From: Macrostomum lignano
Taxonomy: Eukaryota
DNA: 64,000 nucleotides
NCBI GenBank assembly: GCA_002269645.1
Contig: NIVC01000301.1
Span: forward strand, 294,460-358,459
Direction: 5' to 3'
Part shown: positions 37,801-49,915 of the stretch, in pieces
Position numbering within the stretch: position 1 is the first letter of the stretch
Layout: each line of letters opens with the position of its first letter
Position numbers and translations under genes: made by a program
Notes under the pieces: model-generated
What the model was told of the DNA's origin: nothing
The model's input: only the letters and a program-made list of their open reading frames with translations
Databases searched by the model: none

Positions 37801-40800
37801 AATGGATTGCTAATCTAGCCTATCATGGATGCAGGAATAGAATGGATTGCTAATCTAGCCTATCATGGATGCAGGAATAGAATGGATTGCTAATCTAGCC
37901 TATCACGGATGCAGGAATAGAATGGATTGCTAATCTAGCCTATCATGGGTGCAGGAATAGAATGGATTGCTAATCTAGCCTATCATGGATGCAAGAATAG
38001 AATGGATTGCTAATCTAGCCTATCATGGATGCAGGAATAGAATGGATTGCTAATCTAGCCTATCATGGATGCAGGAATAGAATGGATTGCTAATCTAGCC
38101 TATCACGGATGCAGGAATAGAATGGATTGCTAATCTAGCCTATCATGGGTGCAGGAATTAAATGGATTGCTAATCTAGCCTATCATGGGTGCAGGAATAG
38201 AATGGATTGCTAATCTAGCCTATCATGGGTGCAGGAATAGAATGGATTGCTAATCTAGCCTATCACGGATGCAGGAATAGAATGGATTGCTAATCTAGCC
38301 TATCATGGATGCAGGAATAGAATGGATTGCTAATCTAGCCTATCATGGATGCAGGAATAGAATGGATTGCTAATCTAGCCTATCATGGATGCAGGAATAG
38401 AATGGATTGCTAATCTAGCCTATCATGGATGCAGGAATAGAATGGATTGCTAATCTAGCCTATCATGGATGCAGGAATAGAATGGATTGCTAATCTAGCC
38501 TATCACGGATGCAGGAATAGAATGGATTGCTAATCTAGCCTATCATGGGTGCAGGAATAGAATGGATTGCTAATCTAGCCTATCATGGATGCAAGAATAG
38601 AATGGATTGCTAATCTAGCCTATCATGGATGCAGGAATAGAATGGATTGCTAATCTAGCCTATCATGGGTGCAGGAATAGAATGGATTGCTAATCTAGCC
38701 TATCATGGATGCAGGAATAGAATGGATTGCTAATCTAGCCTATCATGGATGCAGGAATAGAATGGATTGCTAATCTAGCCTATCATGGATGCAGGAATAG
38801 AATGGATTGCTAATCTAGCCTATCATGGATGCAGGAATAGAATGGATTGCTAATCTAGCCTATCACGGATGCAGGAATAGAATGGATTGCTAATCTAGCC
38901 TATCATGGGTGCAGGAATAGAATGGATTGCTAATCTAGCCTATCATGGGTGCAGGAATAGAATGGATTGCTAATCTAGCCTATCATGGGTGCAGGAATAG
39001 AATGGATTGCTAATCTAGCCTATCATGGGTGCAGGAATAGAATGGATTGCTAATCTAGCCTATCATGGATGCAGGAATAGAATGGATTGCTAATCTAGCC
39101 TATCATGGGTGCAGGAATAGAATGGATTGCTAATCTAGCCTATCATGGATGCAGGAATAGAATGGATTGCTAATCTAGCCTATCATGGGTGCAGGAATAG
39201 AATGGATTGCTAATCTAGCCTATCATGGATGCAGGAATAGAATGGATGGCTAATCTAGCCTATCATGGATGCAGGAATAGAATGGATTGCTAATCTAGCC
39301 TATCATGGATGCAGGAATAGAATGGATGGCTAATCTAGCCTATCATGGATGCAGGAATAGAATGGATTGCTAATCTAGCCTATCACGGATGCAGGAATAG
39401 AATGGATTGCTAATCTAGCCTATCATGGGTGCAGGAATAGAATGGATTGCTAATCTATCCTATCATGGGTGCAGGAATAGAATGGATTGCTAATCTAGCC
39501 TATCATGGATGCAGGAATAGAATGGATGGCTAATCTAGCCTATCATGGATGCAGGAATAGAATGGATTGCTAATCTAGCCTATCATGGATGCAGGAATAG
39601 AATGGATTGCTAATCTAGCCTATCATGGATGCAGGAATAGAATGGATTGCTAATCTAGCCTATCATGGGTGCAGGAATAGAATGGATTGCTAATCTAGCC
39701 TATCATGGATGCAGGAATAGATTGGATTGCTAATCTAGCCTATCACGGATGCAGGAATAGAATGGATTGCTAATCTAGCCTATCATGGGTGCAGGAATAG
39801 AATGGATTGCTAATCTAGCCTATCATGGATGCAGGAATAGAATGGATTGCTAATCTAGCCTATCATGGATGCAGGAATAGAATGGATTGCTAATCTAGCC
39901 TATCACGGATGCAGGAATAGAATGGATTGCTAATCTAGCCTATCATGGGTGCAGGAATAGAATGGATTGCTAATCTAGCCTATCATGGATGCAGGAATAG
40001 AATGGATTGCTAATCTAGCCTATCACGGATGCAGGAATAGAATGGATTGCTAATCTAGCTTATCATGGATGCAGGAATAGAATGGATTGCTAATCTAGCC
40101 TATCACGGATGCAGGAATAGAATGGATTGCTAATCTAGCCTATCATGGGTGCAGGAATAGAATGGATTGCTAATCTAGCCTATCATGGATGCAGGAATAG
40201 AATGGATTGCTAATCTAGCCTATCATGGATGCAGGAATAGAATGGATTGCTAATCTAGCCTATCATGGCTGCAGGAATAGAATGGATTGCTAATCTAGCC
40301 TATCATGGGTGCAGGAATAGAATGGATTGCTAATCTAGCCTATCATGGATGCAGGAATAGAATGGATTGCTAATCTAGAGCCTAATTTTTGTACAGCACC
40401 GAGGCAGCCGAGAACTCATGGCCTCCTGCACCAACCTGGACGAAATCAGCGCGATGCGTGAGTACCGCTTGAGCAGCTGATGCTTTTACATGTAACTCGA
40501 CATATTAGTGTGCCCCAGTTCTAATTGTGGCGCCCCGTCACTAATTGTGGCGCCCTGTCACTAATTGTGGCGCCCCGTCACTAATTGTGGCGCCCCGTCA
40601 GTAATTACTGCCTACTACCTGCCTACTACTCCCGTCACTAATTGTGGCGCCCCGTCACGAATTGTGGCGCCCCGTCACGAATTGTGGCGCCCCGTCACGG
40701 ATTTTGGCGCCCATGGAACGGCAGCGACTTGCCGCTCTCCCTGCCCGCAGCCTCGTCCCCGGTTCGCTCGCCAAAGTACGGCGGGCTTCGTTTGGCTGCC

Positions 40801-41909
40801 GCGGCCGCCGCCCCAGCCAGCCCGGCGCCCATCATCACCGTCAACTGCTGCCTGGATGACGCTGACGGAGACACCGACCAGGATGAGGAGGCGGGCGTGA
40901 GTCCGGGACGGACCCCTGCGGCTTCTGGCTTCTTTTGGCTAAGAAAATTTTTAACTTTATACTCAGACAGCCAGTTCAGCTAATTGCCATCAAATCTGTC
41001 ACCATTTTCTCCATTTTACAGCAAAACTTCACCCTCAATTATTTTATTCCGTGAATTCCAATTAGATAACTTCTAGGTAGACAGACCCAGTTTCCCTGAC
41101 CCAGTTTCCCTGACCCAGTTTCCCTGACCCAGTTTCCCTGACCCAGTTTCCCTGACCCAGTTTCCCTGACCCAGTTTCCCTGACCCAGTTTCCCTGACCC
41201 AGTTTCCCTGACCCAGTTTCCCTGACCCAGTTTCCCTGACCCAGTTTCCCTGACCCAGTTTCCCTGACCCAGTTTCCCTGACCCAGTTTCCCTGACCCAG
41301 TTTCCCTGACCCAGTTTCCCTGACCCAGTTTCCCTGACCCAGTTTCCCTGACCCAGTTTCCCTGACCCAGTTTCCCTGACCCAGTTTCCCTGACCCAGTT
41401 TCCCTGACCCAGTTTCCCTGACCCAGTTTCCCTGACCCAGTTTCCCTGACCCAGTTTCCCTGACCCAGTTTCCCTGACCCAGTTTCCCTGACCCAGTTTC
41501 CCTGACCCAGTTTCCCTGACCCAGTTTCCCTGACCCAGTTTCCCTGACCCAGTTTCCCTGACCCAGTTTCCCTGACCCAGTTTCCCTGACCCATTCCCCT
41601 GACCCAGCCAGCCGCCGAACCCAAGCTCGACTCCTCCCGCAGTTCCGCCGCTCCTCACTGGAGTCGGTGGATCAGCTCACGCCGGAAGCGATCGCCGAGC
41701 TGAGGCGCCGGCGGATATCCACCCAGATTCAGCTGAATTCGCTGCACTCCGAGGTGAAGAAGCGAGAGTCGTGCCTGAGCCAGCAGCAGATTCTGAACCT
41801 CAACTCGCAGATGTCGGATCTGTACGAGGAGCTGCGCGACATGGATGTGACCATCTCCCGGATTGACAGGGGCAACCCGGCTGGCAGGAAGAAGAAGGGC
41901 AGCTTCTAA
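34808..41909 (+). CDS. PH-domain protein with acidic/low-complexity middle and C-terminal coiled coil; exons 34808-35665, 36004-36501, 40397-40457, 40751-40896, 41643-41909 (609 aa)
   Basis: All introns are GT-AG and phase-consistent (1830 nt). PH signature NPDLEGNLQVTRKAKSKRQKLWTVLKGQTVYMFK...LTPLDRFDFKRWEEAL. An N-terminal RRGALLVLADGLLLIAQ looks like a second, degenerate PH domain. The last exon has a heptad pattern. Confidence 0.75.
35685..35957. repeat. 22-bp minisatellite in PH-gene intron 1
   Basis: ccacaccctgatctagtctgtc, about 12 perfect copies. Confidence 0.95.
37187..40378. repeat. 40-bp minisatellite, about 80 copies, in PH-gene intron 2
   Basis: gcaggaatagaatggattgctaatctagcctatcatggat. 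Confidence 0.98.
40520..40715. repeat. 20-bp GGCGCCCC-core minisatellite in PH-gene intron 3
   Basis: tggcgccccgtcactaattg. Confidence 0.9.
41084..41607. repeat. 14-bp perfect minisatellite in PH-gene intron 4
   Basis: tttccctgacccag, about 36 copies. Confidence 0.97.
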
Positions 41910-44627
41910 GCAGCTGCTGGATGGCGTCAACATCGGCAGTTAAAATTAGAGGCTGTTATAAAAGTCGGTATCAGTTTTACAGCTGGCAAACCAATGCCCG
42001 ACAAGATAAAATCTACACAGAATAGTCGCAATTAAAATTATATACATGCAACTAATTATTATTATCATCGTTTAAAACAAATTGGGTACAAGCCCCTTTG
42101 GTATCATAATTTTCAGATTGAACCTTTAGATGGTGTTCGGCAAACAGACAATTCGCAAAGAAACAAAGTGTTTTTTCGATCGCTTTCAATGGCTTTTAAT
42201 TCGTTAGCTTCGTACAAAAGTAAATAACTAAACGTTTTCATTTTTGTTTTGTTAAAATTTAAAATACGATTGAGCCATTCAAAATGACCAATCCCGCTAT
42301 TGCTAAAGTATAAAAAAGTTAGGTTTGTGTTTTCTAGACAGAAGAAATCCCTTACCATAATCAGCCGATTTTAAAATAAATTGCGTATGCGTGCAAAAAT
42401 ACTTAATATAATTAGTAGGAAAAAACCGTACTGTCAGCTTCATCAAAAGCATTTTTATCGCTTACAATTTTTGTCTGAAAATATAAGGATAAGCACTGCA
42501 GCTTGTCAGGTCCGACGTTCTCCTTTGACAACCAAAACACTCGAACCTCTAGCTGCAGTTAAAAAGTATTATTCTGCTAATTGTCTAATTTATTAAAATT
42601 AAATAATTTGTTATTATTTTATATGTTTTAAGCTGCGTAGAAAAATGCGAAAAAACTGTTAGCGTTCACTATCTATTGATCGTCCCTTTAGTTAACGAAT
42701 TTCCACGTTAGTTTTTTTATTAACATTTGCCCATGTCCTCGTGACTAACTTGTGCTGTAAAAATATAGGTCGTTAGCTATATTATTCTAGCGCATATTAT
42801 ATATATTACTAAATACTGTAGTTGTTTTTCATAAGAGCTGTGTAATTTGTTTTTTCAGATTCAATAACACATTTTTTCTTGTCTTTTGCTTTTGTTAAAA
42901 GTTATAATGTATTTTTACGAGCTATTTAAAAATTATGACAAAAATATTACCATTTAATATCCTGCAAAAAATAGACATATACCCGGGACAGAAATTTCAC
43001 GCTTTACTTGTCGTCTCTTCGCTTTGGGCACAAGCTTGTGTAATTAACTTGCATATTTTTTGTCTTTTTTTACATGTCAGCGAGGCTGTTTTAGAGAACA
43101 GCTAGTAGAGTACTCACTGTGCAGCTCATTAGCATAATTTTATGCAATTTTCGACGGAAAAATTAAAAGCATGGTGGAGGGCCGCAATGCCGGCAGTGAA
43201 TGAGCCAGCCATAAAAGCGGCCATCCACTTGGGCCTATTTTGTTATTCTGAAAAAAAGGCGAAATTCCATGGGGAGGCTGAAGCTCCCCCAGTTACAGTA
43301 GTGTTGGCATTAACTATAGCTGCACTCTTGAGTACACTAGCGGCTCGTGCTCAAAAGAGTGAGATCCAGACAGCGCATAGCGGGCGCGAGGATCCGATAG
43401 CTAAGTCTTCTTCTTGCAGTGGATCTTTCTATTTGTTTAAACGCGCGCGCGCATCCCGGGCCGAGGGGTCGGCAACTCGATGCTATGCCAGATGCCGCGC
43501 AAGGCCCTTGAGATGAATGGAAAAAGCAGAAGGCAAGAATCGCAAGAATTGCATGCGCTAGGCCGCTAGCCTTTTTGCGATAAAGAGGGGCAGGATGCAG
43601 GAACTGCAGGGCATGGACTCTATTCTGCAGCCTCATGGCTCGTACACTGCTACAGTGCCAACTCAATAGCTATATTTCTTGCTTACTGCACAAGCAACGA
43701 ATACCCTTGAATATGCTCAGCTCATTGCCAATAATTGCAATGGCTGGCCATCATCAATCCATATTCGAGGACAGGGACTGAGGCACTGGTGCTGCACTGA
43801 ATGCCAGATTAGGTTAATGCACGCAGAGGGGATTTTGGGGTGGGTAAAGGCGAAAGTCGGGTAGCGAAGAAGCAACGGAATTGCTAATTTCCGAACTTTC
43901 TTCTCAACTAGAGTCGATCCACGAGTCCCGGCTCAGCTTAGATGCATTACAGTCACGGATGTGGCTTTAGGCCTGCGCAGTCACGCAGATGAATGCACCA
44001 GTTAATACCTTATCTGTGCCAATCGAAAGCATTTCGCTAACATCACAAGCAAAGACAGCAATTAGTGATCTATCTGTTTTATCTGCCATATGGTGTGGCC
44101 TTCATGCACGATGATATTGATATTATTGACTTTGAAAGAAGCAATGCTGGCCAATCGGACATTGACTTTGTTCCAGCTCTAATTATTATTTTTATCATTT
44201 GGTACGCACTTTAGGGCTTGTTGACTGTGCCTGACTCATTCAATCGATGTCTAGCCCCCACCCATTAAAAATTGAACACAGCGCAGTGCCACCTCCCCCA
44301 CCCAAGGCCTAGCCAACCACCCCAATTTCACACCACCGCACAGCGGGGAGTCCATGCTGCGCACAGGCTTAGATTTCTTACCCCTAAACAATCGATTTAA
44401 AGTCACCCACCTCTCTCCATTCTTATTTTTCTACCCCTACGCACCCCTGATTGGCTGATGCATCGTCCTGCAATTCCTCCGCTTTTATCGTTCAACATTT
44501 AGGCCCTATGCATATTTTTACACGAGTCTAGGCTACTTACCTCTCATTTTCGCCTTTCCAATCAACTTTGCCACTGTCGCCAAGGCGAGAATCTTGTCGT
44601 TCTAAGGAAGGAAAACAGATCCCAGGC

Positions 44628-45537
44628 ATGCCTCTGACAGCCTGCCAGAAGGCCGTGGCCGTATCCGCATCCGCGGCAGCAGTCGCCGCCGCCGTCCTGC
44701 TGTGGGGTGTCGGCGCCGAGGCGGTGTACTTCGGCGACTACCTGCACGGCAGCCTGCTGCTGACGGCCGCCGTCTTGGCCAGCCTGCTCGAGTCTCTGAC
44801 AGCCTGGCAGTACATCGACTGGCGGCGCAGTCGCTACCTGACCGAGGCCGCCCCGCCACGCTGTCGATTACCGCAGAGGCTGCTGGCTGTTGACACCTAC
44901 CGGCGGGCCGTGGCGTACGCCCTGCTCAGCGTTCCCTGCTTCATCCAGCTGCAGCGCCTGTGGCTGCCGATCCTGCCCGGTAAGTTGCCTATTGTTTCTT
45001 CTATCTTTAATAAGCATCGCCCAACTCGTAACCGCGTGTCAAACGCACCCTACAGGTGCAATGCTACTGCTTGGGGCCGCGCTGTACACTGCCAAGTACT
45101 TCTGCCTGGTCAGCAGGCAGAGAGCCATTGTCAAGGTGCCAACCTTTGTCCGGTAAGTGAACCACCAAGCGGCCTGAATTTTGTACGCCCATCCCAGCTT
45201 TGATTGGCTGTGCTCAGCCCCTCCCTGCCGCTCCTCGCACCTCAGCTTCAAGGATGAGGCGGCCGTGGCGGAGACCTCAACCCCTGCTCCGGCCTCCTCG
45301 GACACTGGCCGGCTGAGCCACCAGTCGTCATTCGCCTCCACCCATTCCGCCTGCTCCGGCCAGCCCATCAGCGGCTCGAAGGACTCTGGCATCGAAGCCA
45401 CTCAGCAGCAGGCCATGGGCGGCGATGAAGCGCCGGGCAAGGCCCGCCGAATCCGCGCGCTGACCCGCGCCTGCTCGAGCTCGCCCGATCGGCGCTGCCT
45501 CATCACGGAGGAGGACAGCCTCAGCCTGCACGAATGA
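44628..45537 (+). CDS. TMEM72: TMEM72-like four-TM protein; exons 44628-44979, 45056-45152, 45246-45537 (246 aa)
   Basis: AAVLLWGVGAE...AYALLSVPCF...WLPILPGAML pattern matches, from recall, the TMEM72 family (AAVLIGVGTE...AYLLLSVACF...WHVTIPGSML). Introns of 76 and 93 nt are phase-consistent. Ser-rich tail. Confidence 0.75.
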
Positions 45538-45954
45538 CTTCCCCAGATGCTGCCAATAGTATTGCCATATACGAAAAATAGAATTAGTCTCGCACTCTGC
45601 CTGCCTACTTACGAGCAGTACTAGTAGTGCGAGTGGAGTTTGTACATTGAAATTTGTGTAGAAAAGATTGCATGCAGAGTTTTTTCTTTCCATTCCTGGA
45701 ATGACGGGTCTTGCTGGTTGGCATTGTTTTAATGCAGCTTCCTCGCGAATGCCCAACCAGTCTTACATTTCGGCAACACAAAATTGCCCCTACAACAAAA
45801 AATTCTACAAAAACGTGTTTTGGCCTTTCATTTTTGTTCTTAAATCTAATAATGAAAAATAATATTTTTCACTCCTCCCATTGCTTTCCTAATTATTGCG
45901 CAACTTTTGTTCCTTCGGCCTTTCTTTTGCTCCGCTTGTTTGCGTGTGACCGAC

Positions 45955-45960
45955 AATAAA
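45955..45960 (+). promoter_or_regulatory. Possible polyadenylation signal of the TMEM72-like gene
   Basis: AATAAA in the AT-rich 3' flank. Confidence 0.35.
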
Positions 45961-46084
45961 GTCGAAATAAAATTTCTATCAAAATAATTTTGATTCCATT
46001 CGCTACTGAACGATTTCGGCTGGCCTTTAATTGCTGGCTCTGCTCTCTGCTGTGAGCTCGTTGGGGGAGTGCAGCGGGAATCCG

Positions 46085-46565
46085 GATGAGGATGGGGATT
46101 GGGGTGAGGATTGGGGATGGGGAAGGGATCGGGATAGGGAAGTAGAATGGGGTGGGGAAGGGGATTGGGGATGGGGATTGGGGATGGGGAAGGGATCGGG
46201 ATGGGGAAGTAGATTGGGGATGGGGAAGGAGATTGGGGATGGGGAAGTAGATTGGGGATGGGGAAGTAGATTGGGGATGGGGAAGGAGATTGGGGATGGG
46301 GAAGTAGATTGGGGATGGGGAAGTAGATTGGGGATGGGGAAGGAGATTGGGGATGGGGAAGGAGATTGGGGTTGGGGAAGGAGATTGGGGTTGGGGAAGT
46401 AGATTGGGGATGGGGAAGTAGATTGGGGATGGGGAAGGAGATTGGGGATGGGGAAGGAGATTGGGGATGGGGAAGGAGATTGGGGATGGGGAAGTAGATT
46501 GGGGATGGGGAAGGAGATTGGGGATGGGGAAGGAGATTGGGGTTAGGGAAGGAGATTGGGGATTG
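46085..46565. repeat. ~19-20-bp G-rich minisatellite
   Basis: ggggaaggagattggggat. Confidence 0.9.
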
Positions 46566-47204
46566 GTAGAGTAGAGTAGTCTAGCAAATGGAATGCACTA
46601 AAGCCGTTAGCTAAGCACTAAAAGTTCAACAAGGCAGCTCTTCATAGCCGAGCAATCAGACGCGGGTCTGCAGTATTGAAGAGGACGGCGGGGTCACTCA
46701 TGTCAGTCACAGTTTCTTGGAATGGGATTCAGAGTGACAGGGGCGAGGCTGTGAGTGAAGCCAGCGAGTTAGGGAGGCGGCCGGACTCGGGTATCGACTG
46801 CTCTCAGCCTAGCCGGATTAATCAAAGGCTCAGTCGCGTGATGAAATTAATTTTGCTCTCACACTCCGCCGGCACGCCCCTGCCGCCTCGAGACGGGAAG
46901 AATCCCGCACTGGACTGGAAGGGCCCCAGACTCCCCAGGACCTGTCTCCGCGGAGATGAAAGTCTGCTTCCTTTGGAGCCTTGAGTCCGGGGATTTCGGA
47001 TGGGAAATCTGGGATGGGGATTTTACGAGGCTTGTTACTGCCGCATTGTTCCCTCGGGAAAGGGGGGCCAGCCCTATTGACCATGAAAGCAAGTCAGAGC
47101 CCTGAACTTGTTCAGTGCCGACTACTCAGACTCCATCTGCATCCCGAATCTCCGGACTCCAAATGCATCCCAAATCCTTAGACTGAATTCAGATAGAGAT
47201 TAGA

Positions 47205-47800
47205 GCGGGAAAGATTGAGACTGGTTGAGATTAGAATGGGGACAATGAAGACTGGGTGAGATTAGAGTGGGACAATTGAGACTGGATGAGATTAGAGTGG
47301 GGACAATTGATACTGGGTGAGATTAGATTGGGAACAATTGAGACTGGGTCAGATTAGAGTGGGAACAATTGAGACTGGGTGAGATTAGAGTGGGAACAAT
47401 TGAGACTGGGTGAGATTAGAGTGGGAACAGTTGAGACAGGATGAGATTCGAGTGGGACAATTGAGACTGGGTGAGATTAGAGTGGGAACAATTGAGACTG
47501 GGTGGGATTAGAGTGGTAACAATGAAGACTGGGTGAGATTAGAGTGGGAACAATTGAGACTGGGTGAGATTAGAGTGGGAACAATTGAGACTGGGTGAGA
47601 TTAGAGTGGGAACAGTTGAGACAGGATGAGATTCGAGTGGGACAATTGAGACTGGGTGAGATTAGAGTGGGAACAATTGAGACTGGGTGGGATTAGAGTG
47701 GTAACAATGAAGACTGGGTGAGATTAGAGTGGGAACAATTGAGACTGGGTGAGATTAGATTGGGGACAATTGAGACTGGGTGAGATTAGAGTGTGGAAAA
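47205..47800. repeat. 31-bp minisatellite
   Basis: gagactgggtgagattagagtgggaacaatt. Confidence 0.9.
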
Positions 47801-49439
47801 TTGAGACAAAGTTCGAGAAAAAATGATGGCTGAGGCGTAGAAGAATTCTTATTGGGGCTGATGAAGAAGAGACTCGAGCGACTGACCGAATCAAGCAGTA
47901 AAAAGACTCGCATGCTAAAATCGAATCATACAGTCTGGTGATTTGCAATTTCGGTTTTCGCGGCGAGTCAGGCAAGACTTCATTCTTCACTCAAGCATCA
48001 AGCGTAGATTCGGTTCTGACGTTCAGCCCACCCGATCAGCCCGCCATCTACTCGGCACCCTGCGAAATAATCGGATTTGGGGCGAGTCCGAGCTGATCTC
48101 TGCTCTCGGATTAAATGACCTTCGCCATCATTGTGCACCCCACTTGAGGATTTGACCTCCCGTCAAAGGGATAGTTGACTCGATTTAACTGCTTCACGGG
48201 GCAGCCCAGATACTGGCTGCGTGGGCAGGGGAGACTGGGGTAGAGACGGAGGAGGTGGAGTTCAGATTGAAAAATCAGATTTAGATGGGGATGGAGATGG
48301 GGATGGGGTGGAGAGATCGGGATGGCGGTTGGGATGTGGATCAGAATAGGATCCGGATGGGGTGCAGTTCGGGATGGCCCCGGTGTTACACTTTAGACTA
48401 TCCGGGGTTTTTTCGTCTGGCCCGGATATCCGAACGCACTTACAATATCCGCCCGGATACTGCCAAGCAAAAAACCTGCTTTGTTTTCTCCTTCCCGGAT
48501 ATCTTGAGCTGCTTTGAGATTTCTCTCCCGGACATCCTACGGCACTGACTCTGCTATCCGGTCCGGAGATCACAAGAAGGGGAAGTTGTCTCAGGACATC
48601 CGACTGTAGGTTGAAAGAGAGGTGTCAGCCTGCGGAGACCCCGGTGAACAGAAAGCCTAACACCGGGCATGAATTTCAGGATTGTTCCAGCAGAATTTTT
48701 ATCTAACACGGCAAAGTGTTCAAATCAGCGCCCTCAGTCTTTCTAAAGTCTCATCCCACAATTCGCCCAAAAGGCCTCCCATTGGTGCTCCGCCTCGGGT
48801 CTCTGGGCTTGGGGCGGATGCGGCGGCCGGGCCAAATGGCCGAGCCGAGCCGATGAAGCACAAAGAAGCTGCTGGACAGAGATTTAGCGGTTGGAAAACG
48901 CCAGATCGCCGATTCAGGCAAGCGTCACAAAAATTGGTGGGTCAACAGCCTCGGGTTCTGCAATCTGAACACTGGAATTGCATAGGTAAGAGCTGTCTAT
49001 AGTGCGCCTTAGAGCTAGGATGAGATTGCCCCGCATGCATTCTCAGAAGTCCCAACTCAGAGGTCCAGGCTAATGCGTAGAAGAGAACTGGAAGACAGGG
49101 AGCGGGGAGCATGGAAACAGACTGAAGGGTCCTCAAGGCAGAGGCGAGAGGGCAGAAGATTCTGCAGGAAGAGACGGCACGGAACAGGGGTTTGCTTTCT
49201 GGTCGTGCGTGAGACACGACTAGTAGTCCGGCAGCCTCTTCACCTCTCTCCGTCTCCCACGCTCCATCCCTCCGCTCTTCATCTTCTTTCCGAATAGTCG
49301 GGTTTCAGCCAAAGCGGGGTCATCGATCAGCAACTGGGAGTGAGTGAGCTCTCTTTCGTCAGCTCAGATGTTCCCTCCCAAGTCAGGCGTTCCCTATCTA
49401 GGGGAGTCTGTGAGTCTGGGCTGCCGCATCATTTTATTA

Positions 49440-49915
49440 GACAATGTTACTGTGACACTGGTGAGTTTTACAGCAATGTCACTGTGACACTGGTGAGTTG
49501 TGCAGCAATGTCACTGTGACACTGGTGAGTTGTGCAGCAATGCCACTGTGACACTGGTGAGTTGTGCAGCAATGCCACTGTGACACTGGTGAGTTGTGCA
49601 GCAATATCACTGTGACACTGGTGAGTTGTGCAGCAATGCCACTGTGACACTGGTGAGTTGTGCAGCAATGTCACTGTGACACTGGTGAGTTGTGCAGCAA
49701 TATCACTGTGACACTGGTGAGTTGTGCAGCAATGTCACTGTGACACTGGTGAGTTGTGCAGCAATGTCACTGTGACACTGGTGAGTTGTGCAGCAATATC
49801 ACTGTGACACTGGTGAGTTGTGCAGCAATGCCACTGTGACACTGGTGAGTTGTGCAGCAATGTCACTGTGACACTGGTGAGTTGTGCAGCAATGTCACTG
49901 TGACACTGGTGACCC
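49440..49915. repeat. 32-bp minisatellite with an internal hairpin
   Basis: cagcaatgtcactgtgacactggtgagttgtg, about 15 copies. Confidence 0.95.

Noticed and set aside
37187-40378. CRISPR-like regular repeat array
   Set aside because: Units are head-to-tail with no unique spacers, there are no cas genes, and the context is a eukaryotic intron. The same holds for all other arrays.
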